Source of the DNA: a virus
Taxonomy: Duplodnaviria; Caudoviricetes
Virus record (IMG/VR): IMGVR_UViG_3300025138_000338
Span: 1 to 24,615 of that record
Strand: one strand, 5' to 3'
Length of the DNA: 24,615 bases
Positions within the stretch are counted from its first letter, which is position 1. Every line of letters begins with the position of its first letter. The position numbers and the translations under genes were made by a program. The notes beneath the pieces are model-generated. The model saw only the letters and a program-made list of their open reading frames with translations, ran no database searches and was not told the DNA's origin. Positions 10,092 to 17,067 of the stretch are shown piece by piece.

Positions 10092-10561
10092 AAAATTTAT
10101 TAAAAAATCTAGTAGGTGCAGTAGCTCCTACGTTAGGGACTGCTTTAGGCGGTCCTATGGGTGGTATGGCAGGAAATGTAATAGCTGATGTATTGGGAGT
10201 ACCTAATACACCTAAAGCTATTGAGAAAGCTATAGCAGAAGCTACGCCTGAACAGATGTTAGAGCTTAAAAAAGCTGAACAAGCTTTTGAAATCCAGTTA
10301 AAAGAGTTGGACGTAGATGTATTTAAATTAGAAACTGAAGACAAGCAAGATGCTCGTGGAAAGTTTTCAAAGGATTGGACAGCAAGGATTATAGGTGTAA
10401 CTGTTGTCGGAGGATTTATGGGTTACATATTTCTTGTTACCTTACAACCACCAGAACAAAACTCTGAAGCTCTTATTAATTTAGTGCTTGGTTATTTAGG
10501 TGGTTTAGCTAGTGCTGTAATTAGTTTCTATTTTGGAGCATCAAATACTCCTAAAGAATAA
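10088..10561 (+). CDS. Holin-like membrane protein (resembles the 3-TM GTA-holin-type family)
   Basis: Follows the lysozyme with ATGA overlap. N-terminal APTLGTALGGPMGG, two clear C-terminal TM helices, ending in SFYFGAS. Confidence 0.7.
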   Translation: MKNLLKNLVGAVAPTLGTALGGPMGGMAGNVIADVLGVPNTPKAIEKAIAEATPEQMLELKKAEQAFEIQLKELDVDVFKLETEDKQDARGKFSKDWTARIIGVTVVGGFMGYIFLVTLQPPEQNSEALINLVLGYLGGLASAVISFYFGASNTPKE

Positions 10562-10911
10562 TGTCTGAAGCAGTAACCTTTATAACAGAAGTCGGGTTTC
10601 CTATTGCCGCCGCAATGGGTCTAGGTTGGTTCGTGTCTAAATTAATTAATAGAATTATTGATGGCATGGAAACTAAACTAGATACATTAGATGAAAAGGT
10701 TCAAACAAGTTTAGACACAATGGAAGAAAGAGTTTCAACAAAACTTGATAGTCAATATGGTATTATTGTATCGTTAATAGATAGAGTAAGGTCATTAGAC
10801 AATCAATCTTTAAAACAAGATGTACTCCTTAAAACTTTACTTGGAGTACCTAATTTAATTGACACAGACGAAATAGCAAAAGCACAGAAAAAAGATAGGC
10901 GAAAAGATTAA
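10561..10911 (+). CDS. Membrane-anchored coiled-coil protein (YvrJ-like N-terminus); possible lysis accessory
   Basis: TAATG coupling. ITEVGFPIAAAMGLGWFV TM segment, then heptad-like METKLDTLDEKVQTSLDTMEERVSTKLD. Confidence 0.6.
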   Translation: MSEAVTFITEVGFPIAAAMGLGWFVSKLINRIIDGMETKLDTLDEKVQTSLDTMEERVSTKLDSQYGIIVSLIDRVRSLDNQSLKQDVLLKTLLGVPNLIDTDEIAKAQKKDRRKD

Positions 10912-10913
10912 CA

Positions 10914-11081
10914 ATGTTAAAATTATGGACAGTATGGAAGTATGCGTTAGGCTCATTTAGTGATGAAGATACAGCACCTGTAGAAAATCAAATTACAATT
11001 ATACGTACTATTATTCTTTTAATTAATCTTGCTTGTGCTTGCTTGATTATGACTAATATTTTAATAGGATGGATAGAATGA
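10914..11081 (+). CDS. Small membrane protein (55 aa), absent from the ORF track
   Basis: Manual translation: MLKLWTVWKYALGSFSDEDTAPVENQITIIRTIILLINLACACLIMTNILIGWIE*. It fills the gap exactly, and its TGA overlaps the csgF-like ATG (ATGA at 11078-11081). Confidence 0.8.
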   Translation: MLKLWTVWKYALGSFSDEDTAPVENQITIIRTIILLINLACACLIMTNILIGWIE

Positions 11082-11572
11082 AATTAAAACCAACATTTAG
11101 AAGCAGTAAGACAGAACGTAACTGTTGGTTCTGTATATTTTTTTGGTGTATGTTTGTAGTATTATGGTCAGGATATACATTAGCAGATGAAGTAGTATTT
11201 AAATTTAAAAGCCCTAGCTTTAATGGTAACAACACAAGCTCACATTATCTTACGATTGAAAATCAAGAACATTCAAGAAAACTTAGCCTAAAAGCAGAGC
11301 TTAAAGCTTTACAAGACCAGATAGAAAGAGATAAAGAAAATACAACACTAGCTCGGTTCATCAGAAACTTAGAGTCTAGAATTTATGCACAACTATCACG
11401 GCAGTTAGTTGAAAATTTATTTGGAGAAAACCCTAGCTCAGAGGGAACTATAGAATTAGAGGGTAACACTATTACTTATAGCAGTGATGGTGTATATATA
11501 ACACTTACTATTGTGGATGCGAATGGAGAAACTACGATTATTACTTTGCCTATCGGTACTTTTACTTTCTAG
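11078..11572 (+). CDS. csgF: CsgF-like curli assembly/transport component (164 aa)
   Basis: Signal peptide ending TLA|. Mature N-terminus DEVVFKFKSPSFNGN aligns with E. coli CsgF GTMTFQFRNPNFGGN. Also LARFIRNLESRIYAQLSRQL helix and C-terminal beta-strands. Adjacent to csgG. Confidence 0.85.
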   Translation: MKLKPTFRSSKTERNCWFCIFFWCMFVVLWSGYTLADEVVFKFKSPSFNGNNTSSHYLTIENQEHSRKLSLKAELKALQDQIERDKENTTLARFIRNLESRIYAQLSRQLVENLFGENPSSEGTIELEGNTITYSSDGVYITLTIVDANGETTIITLPIGTFTF

Positions 11573-12320
11573 TTGTGCAGTCTTTGAGGCTAATGACGAT
11601 TTATTTTTAACTAAAAAAATACAACCGACATCAACACTAGATTTACAATCAGAAGAATTAAAAAATTTACCTGCGGCTAAAAACAAACCTACCATAGCTG
11701 TATACCCTAATAGTTTTAAAGACTTAACAGGGCAACGAAGAAGCAACAGCACGTTTGCTTTGTTTAGTACAGCAGTCACCCAAGCCCCTGAAGCATTTCT
11801 TATCAGGGCTTTTAAGCATACGGCTAACGGTCAATTTTTCAGAGTAGTAGAACGTGTAGGTTTAGATGACCTAACAAAAGAAAGACAACTTATCAGAAGC
11901 ACTCGTAAAGAGTTTGAAGAAGATAGTAAACTAAAGCCTTTGTTATTCGCAGGGCTTTTAGTTCAAGGGGGCGTGATTAGCTACGAGGCTAATCTGCAAT
12001 CTGGTGGTATCGGAGCAAGGTATCTTGGTATTGGTAATAGTAAATCCTATAGGGAAGATACTGTAACCATATCATTAAGACTAGTATCCGTATCAACTGG
12101 TGAAGTACTGACAGAAACTTTAGTATCTAAAAGTATTTTATCCACAAGTATTTCTCAAGACATATTTCGTTTTATTGAAACTGGCACTGAGCTAGTAGAG
12201 ATAGAAGGTGGTGTGGCTGAGAATGAGAGTATCTCTATAGCTTTGCAAAAGGCAATAGAGTCGGGGGTTTTAAACATAATACATATAGGAATAGATAGAG
12301 GCTATTGGGAATATGAATAA
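11523..12320 (+). CDS. csgG: CsgG-like outer-membrane secretion-pore lipoprotein (about 265 aa)
   Basis: Lipobox LLLSS-C (Cys codon 11574-11576). CsgG motifs FKDLTGQR, FSTAVTQ, FRVVERVGLDDLTKERQLIR, GGIGARYLGIG, YREDTVTISLRLVSVSTGEVL and GIDRGYW. The start could be 11517 or 11523. Confidence 0.93.
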   Translation: MEKLRLLLCLSVLLLSSCAVFEANDDLFLTKKIQPTSTLDLQSEELKNLPAAKNKPTIAVYPNSFKDLTGQRRSNSTFALFSTAVTQAPEAFLIRAFKHTANGQFFRVVERVGLDDLTKERQLIRSTRKEFEEDSKLKPLLFAGLLVQGGVISYEANLQSGGIGARYLGIGNSKSYREDTVTISLRLVSVSTGEVLTETLVSKSILSTSISQDIFRFIETGTELVEIEGGVAENESISIALQKAIESGVLNIIHIGIDRGYWEYE

Positions 12321-13026
12321 AATAATAATAATAACTGCGTTAAGTATATTGTCAACATTAACTTATGCGGCAGACAACGAGATTTATGTAGAGCAAAGTG
12401 GTGCTACAGCTAATTTAGATTTAGAACAGTTGGGTTCAGCTAACTTGATAGGAGGATTACTATCTTCCGCAGGTTCAATGACCCCTCTAGATTTAGATGG
12501 CTCAACTATGACACTAGATGTAAATCAAATAGGTTCAACTAACTCCTTCTTAGGAGATATATGGGCTGATAACTTTACAGGCTACTTTAATTTTGATGGA
12601 AGCAGTAATGCTTTTACAATCCAAGTAGACCCTGCTAACACATACGGAGCAGACGGTTCTAATGTTAATGTTCAAACTACAGGAAGTAGTAATACATTTA
12701 CACTAGACTTAGCAACAGCTTCTATGTCAAGTAATACTGATTTAGATTGGATTATTAATGGTGATAGTAACATCATTAATGCTGATATAGATTATGATGG
12801 TGCAACAAACTACATGGATATTGATGGAGATTCAAACACTGTAAACTTTGATGGTCAAGGTTATGCAGGGGGTTACTTCTATCTTGACCAAACAGGAAGT
12901 AACAGAAATTTTTCTATCAATCAAATGAGTACAAATGATAATGACTGGCTTAAAATACTTAGCACTGGCTCTGGTGGTACTGTTTGTGTCATCCAGAATG
13001 ATGGCGGCAGTTCAGTCGGTTGCTAA
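12313..13026 (+). CDS. Secreted curlin-like beta-solenoid repeat protein (degenerate CsgA/CsgB-like, 237 aa)
   Basis: Sec signal (LTYA|ADNE). Repeated strand-G-x-x-N units: LDLEQLGSAN, LDVNQIGSTN, YFNFDGSSN, VQTTGSSN, WIINGDSN, MDIDGDSN, LDQTGSN. Rich in N/G/S/D/T and directly downstream of csgG. Confidence 0.75.
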   Translation: MNKIIIITALSILSTLTYAADNEIYVEQSGATANLDLEQLGSANLIGGLLSSAGSMTPLDLDGSTMTLDVNQIGSTNSFLGDIWADNFTGYFNFDGSSNAFTIQVDPANTYGADGSNVNVQTTGSSNTFTLDLATASMSSNTDLDWIINGDSNIINADIDYDGATNYMDIDGDSNTVNFDGQGYAGGYFYLDQTGSNRNFSINQMSTNDNDWLKILSTGSGGTVCVIQNDGGSSVGC

Positions 13027-14047
13027 CGTAGGCAACATCACAGAGTTACAAGGGTCGGGTCGGGTAGTAAGAGATAAAGATTATAAAGCTTCTTTATCTT
13101 TAGATATAAATAGTTATGATAATGTCCAAACTTCTAATGGAAGAATGGGTATTACTTTTTTAGATGACAGTCAAGTTAGACTAACTGAACACTCTGAACT
13201 TATCATAGATGAGTTTATATATGACCCTGACCCATCCAAATCTAAAATGGCTCTAGAGTTTGCTAGTGGTACTGCAAGATTTATCACAGGAAAACTAGCA
13301 ACTATAGACAAAGAAAATATATTTATAAAAACTCCAAGTGCTACGATAGCTATTCGTGGTACAGACTTTACTGTAACTGTAGATGAATTAGGTAGGAGTT
13401 TAGTAATATTATTACCAGACAATGACGGTCTTCCAAGTGGAGAGATTGTTGTTGCAACAGCTATGGGACAGGTAGTTCTTAACAAACCTTACCAAGCTAC
13501 TACAGTTTCTATGTTTGAAACTAAACCAAGCAAGCCTGTTATCCTTGACTTAACACTTGAGTTAATTGATAACATGTTAATTGTAAATGCACCAAGAGAA
13601 GTGGCACAAGATGAGGGACAAGATGGAAATATTAGTACTAATGTTCTTGATGTTGACTTCCTTGAGTTTGATGATTTAGACATAGACTATCTTACGGATA
13701 GTGATTTAGAGTTTACTGAGTTAGATATAAACTATCTTGATGTAAACTTTCTTGAAGACTTGTTAGATATTATAGAAGATGTAAACGAACTAGACCAAAC
13801 AGAATCTTTATTACGAACCGACATAAATCTAAAGGGAACTCAAATGGGCTTTGATTCCAACACGCAAATAAATACTTTCTTAACTGACAATGTACTAAGC
13901 TTTTATAAAGTCTTAGAAGATACAGTACGTTTAGATGTAGATAGAGATGGTGGCTATACAATTCTACTAGTACAGAATGGTAAAGGCACTCAGCTTGTTA
14001 TTAATGGAGGAGGAGATTCTAGTATTACCATAAACCAAGGAGATTAA
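12935..14047 (+). CDS. Exported FecR-domain protein with acidic linker and beta-rich C-terminal domain
   Basis: N-terminal signal/TM segment (KYLALALVVLFVSS). FecR-type motifs D.VQT.NGRMGITFLDDSQVRLTEHSEL and IKTPSATIAIRGTDF. The start could be 12935 or 12941. Confidence 0.85.
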   Translation: MIMTGLKYLALALVVLFVSSRMMAAVQSVANVGNITELQGSGRVVRDKDYKASLSLDINSYDNVQTSNGRMGITFLDDSQVRLTEHSELIIDEFIYDPDPSKSKMALEFASGTARFITGKLATIDKENIFIKTPSATIAIRGTDFTVTVDELGRSLVILLPDNDGLPSGEIVVATAMGQVVLNKPYQATTVSMFETKPSKPVILDLTLELIDNMLIVNAPREVAQDEGQDGNISTNVLDVDFLEFDDLDIDYLTDSDLEFTELDINYLDVNFLEDLLDIIEDVNELDQTESLLRTDINLKGTQMGFDSNTQINTFLTDNVLSFYKVLEDTVRLDVDRDGGYTILLVQNGKGTQLVINGGGDSSITINQGD

Positions 14048-14128
14048 ATGGTGTACAAAAATTTCATAAAAACAAAATATGGTTTTCCTTTATCAAAAAT
14101 TGGTAAGATAATAGATATATATGTATAA
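14048..14128 (+). CDS. Putative 26-aa peptide between the FecR-domain gene and the cyclase
   Basis: MVYKNFIKTKYGFPLSKIGKIIDIYV*. AAGGAG lies 5 nt before the ATG. It starts right after the upstream stop and ends 1 nt before the cyclase ATG at 14130. Confidence 0.45.
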   Translation: MVYKNFIKTKYGFPLSKIGKIIDIYV

Positions 14129-14129
14129 C

Positions 14130-15860
14130 ATGAAGTGGGCACTTACTTTAATAGGTATACTGACCCTACCTTTACTATTCAATTCACAAGCCTTAGAAAC
14201 TTTAAGACTTAAAACCTTTGATGCCCTAGTAGAAACACCAAATTCTACAGGGCATTTTACTGTTTTAAATATTTCAGAACAAGACCTTGATGATATGGGT
14301 GGATACCCTCTACCTCGCCAAGACTTAGCTAAGATTCATAAAGACATCATGGATGCAGGAGCTTATGGTGTTGGGTGGGTTATGTTATTCCCACATGCAG
14401 ATAGAATGGGTGGAGATGATGCGTTTGCTTTAGAGCTTTCCAAGTCTGCTAGTGTTATAGCTATGCCAGAAGTAGACAACGGTTTATATCCTGCTACTCA
14501 TGGTACGGTTATTAAAGGACCAGACATAACTTTACCACAAGCTTCTGGTTTCTTATCTAATGTTGATATCCTAAAACAATCTGCAAGTCAAGGTGCTATT
14601 TCTGCACCAGTAGATGTCGATAATCTTGTAAGACAAATACCACTACTACAACAAACACCTACAGGATGGGTAGCTTCATTCGGCACAGAAGTTTTAAAGA
14701 TATTAGGTGGTGGTAATACTTATCAAATTGTAACCAATCAAAATGGTATTGACATGGTTAGGGTAAGAGGCATACCACCAGTAGATACAGATAGCCTTGG
14801 ACGTAAATGGATTAGTTGGGTTGACACAACACAGACTACACTAAAAGAAATGAATGTAGAAAGCACATTTGTTTTTGTAGGATTTACTGCCAAAGGAATA
14901 TCACCTCAAGTTGCAACACCTGTTGGGTTATTAGAACCTCATAAAATACAAGCGGCTTTATCAGAAAGTATGTTGCTTGACAGTCCTCAAATTCCAGAGT
15001 ATAGATTACTTGCAGAACTACTCATATTAATCCTCTCAGGCTTACTCACAGCCCTTGTAATCAATTATCTAGGTATCACTAAGGGGGTAGTATCATTCTT
15101 AGTTATGTTGCCTCTAATGGGCTATTTTGAAAACTACTTTGTTACTAACAATTTACTCATAGATTTTACATGGGGCATGATAAGTATGACACTTATTGCT
15201 ACCCAACAATTCTATCTAAACTTTAGAACACAATTTAAATTACGACAACAAATTAAAAAACAATTTGAACATTATCTTGACCCTCGACAAGTTAAACAAC
15301 TGCAAGATAACCCAGAGCTTTTAAAGTTAGGAGGAGATAGAAGAAAATGTACGTTTTTATTTACAGATGTCAGAGGTTTTACAAGTCTATCAGAACGATT
15401 AGAGCCTGAAGAAGTCACAGAAATTATGAATAAAGCCTTGACAATTCAAGCTAATGCTGTTAAAAGAAACGGTGGTATGGTAGATAAATATATTGGTGAT
15501 GCAATGATGGCAATCTTTAATGCTCCAGTAGACTTAGATGAACATGAGAACAAAGCCATCCAAACAGCGTTAGAAATACACCAAGATATGGAAGAAGCCA
15601 ATTTAGGAATAGAGATAGGTATCGGAATAAATACAGGGTATGCAGTTGTAGGTAATATGGGAAGCGATACACGTTTTGATTACTCAGCTATAGGTGATGC
15701 AGTTAATTTAGCGGCAAGACTTGAAAGCTCTACTAAAGAAGTGGGTAAAGATATAGTGATTGGTGTGGGTACAATAGTAGGTTCGACTACCCAAGCTAAA
15801 TTGTTAGACCCAATCTATGTCAAGGGTAAATCAGAACCTATTATTATATATACAATCTAA
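14130..15860 (+). CDS. CHASE2-domain transmembrane class III adenylate cyclase (576 aa)
   Basis: N-terminal TM, then CHASE2-type motifs (LRLKTFD; GGYPLPRQDLA; DVDNLVRQIPL), three TM helices and the FEHYLDP linker. Catalytic domain: FTDVRGFTSLSE, DKYIGDAMMAIF, GIGINTG, RFDYSAIGDAVNLAARLE. The start could be 14121 or 14130. Confidence 0.93.
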   Translation: MKWALTLIGILTLPLLFNSQALETLRLKTFDALVETPNSTGHFTVLNISEQDLDDMGGYPLPRQDLAKIHKDIMDAGAYGVGWVMLFPHADRMGGDDAFALELSKSASVIAMPEVDNGLYPATHGTVIKGPDITLPQASGFLSNVDILKQSASQGAISAPVDVDNLVRQIPLLQQTPTGWVASFGTEVLKILGGGNTYQIVTNQNGIDMVRVRGIPPVDTDSLGRKWISWVDTTQTTLKEMNVESTFVFVGFTAKGISPQVATPVGLLEPHKIQAALSESMLLDSPQIPEYRLLAELLILILSGLLTALVINYLGITKGVVSFLVMLPLMGYFENYFVTNNLLIDFTWGMISMTLIATQQFYLNFRTQFKLRQQIKKQFEHYLDPRQVKQLQDNPELLKLGGDRRKCTFLFTDVRGFTSLSERLEPEEVTEIMNKALTIQANAVKRNGGMVDKYIGDAMMAIFNAPVDLDEHENKAIQTALEIHQDMEEANLGIEIGIGINTGYAVVGNMGSDTRFDYSAIGDAVNLAARLESSTKEVGKDIVIGVGTIVGSTTQAKLLDPIYVKGKSEPIIIYTI

Positions 15861-16087
15861 TCATCCATCTTTCTAGCATTTAAATTAGACTCGATGTAGC
15901 TATGAACTTCATCTAATTTTTTAGTAGCTTCTCTAATTATGGTATGTAATGTAGAGTACTCTTCAGTGCTAAAATATTTTTTAAGTTGAGTTATATCAGT
16001 TGTTAATCTTTCAGTAACTAAGTTACCTGTTCTATTATATAGAAGTTTATAACCAAGTAACTCAGCTTCATCTCTTTTCTTTTTCAT
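15857..16087 (-). CDS. Hypothetical phage protein (76 aa)
   Basis: TAATG-coupled to the nrdB stop; last gene of the - arm. Its stop overlaps the cyclase stop. Confidence 0.7.
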   Translation of the reverse strand: MKKKRDEAELLGYKLLYNRTGNLVTERLTTDITQLKKYFSTEEYSTLHTIIREATKKLDEVHSYIESNLNARKMDD

Positions 16088-17058
16088 TACTCAATCCCTG
16101 TAAAAGTTACAGAGTCCTGTCTTCCTCGTAGTCCTGCTTTCATATAAGTAGTTGCTCTACCTTCAAAGAAGTTCTGGTGTTCTACACCCATGACTTCATC
16201 AATCCAACCTAGTGGGTTTTCTCTTTGGTCGTAGTTAGTTTTTAAACCTAACTGTAGCAAACGTCTGTCAGCTATGTATCTGTTATAAGCATACATGTCT
16301 TGTTTAGTTAGTCCTTGTAAGTCACCCATCTCAAACACTAAGTCTAAGAATTTATCTTCAAGCTCTACCATCTCTCTACATATTTGATATAACTCTCCCT
16401 TGAAATCATCAGTCCATATCTCAATGTTCTCTTGAATAAACTCACGGAATAATTTAGTCATAGCTTCAACGTGCATAGACTCATCACGGATAGAGTAAGT
16501 AACAATCTGTCCCATACCTTTCATCTTACCAAAGCGTGGGAAGTTTAACAAGATAGCAAAGCTACTAAATAATTGTAGTCCTTCTGTAAACGCTGAGTAT
16601 ACTGCTAGTGTTTTAGCAATGGTTCTCTTATCAGACTTAAGAGGTTTAAATGTACTCACGTAATCATGCTTGTCTGCCATCTCTTCATACTCTGAGAAAG
16701 CTTTGTATTCTATCTCAGGCATACCAACTGTATCAAGTAACAAACTGTACGCATCTTGATGTATAGATTCCATGTTAGCAAACGATGACATCATCATCCT
16801 AGCTTCAGGTTTCTTAAAGATAGGCATGTACTTATCAATATATCCTGATGCTACGTCCACATCTGATTGAGTAAACAATCTAAATATCTGTGTTAGTAAA
16901 TGTTTTTCTTCTGGTGTTACATCCTGCCAGTCTTTAACATCTGTATGTAAAGGCACTGATTCTGGCATCCAGTGCATTTGATTTTGTAGTTTGTAATACT
17001 CATACATCCAAGGGTATTCAAACGGTTTGTAATAGTCTCTAGTTTTTAATAAGCTCAT
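16087..17058 (-). CDS. nrdB: Ribonucleotide reductase class I, beta (small) subunit
   Basis: Metal-ligand and radical motifs FTQSDVDV, ESIHQDAY, EGLQLFSSF and DESMH; C-terminal NFFEGRATTY. Confidence 0.96.
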   Translation of the reverse strand: MSLLKTRDYYKPFEYPWMYEYYKLQNQMHWMPESVPLHTDVKDWQDVTPEEKHLLTQIFRLFTQSDVDVASGYIDKYMPIFKKPEARMMMSSFANMESIHQDAYSLLLDTVGMPEIEYKAFSEYEEMADKHDYVSTFKPLKSDKRTIAKTLAVYSAFTEGLQLFSSFAILLNFPRFGKMKGMGQIVTYSIRDESMHVEAMTKLFREFIQENIEIWTDDFKGELYQICREMVELEDKFLDLVFEMGDLQGLTKQDMYAYNRYIADRRLLQLGLKTNYDQRENPLGWIDEVMGVEHQNFFEGRATTYMKAGLRGRQDSVTFTGIE

Positions 17059-17067
17059 AGTTTTTCC

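Noticed and set aside
11078-13026. A complete canonical curli biogenesis operon, or a host-DNA chimera
   Set aside because: csgE, csgD, csgC and a second curlin are not seen. The genes overlap phage genes on both sides and show a similar A/T-ending codon style by eye, so a misassembly is unlikely, though read mapping would be needed to exclude it.
14130-15860. Cyclase as a Pycsar/CBASS-type defence enzyme
   Set aside because: It has receptor architecture (CHASE2 + TMs), ATP-type specificity residues and no adjacent cNMP-binding TM or TIR effector.
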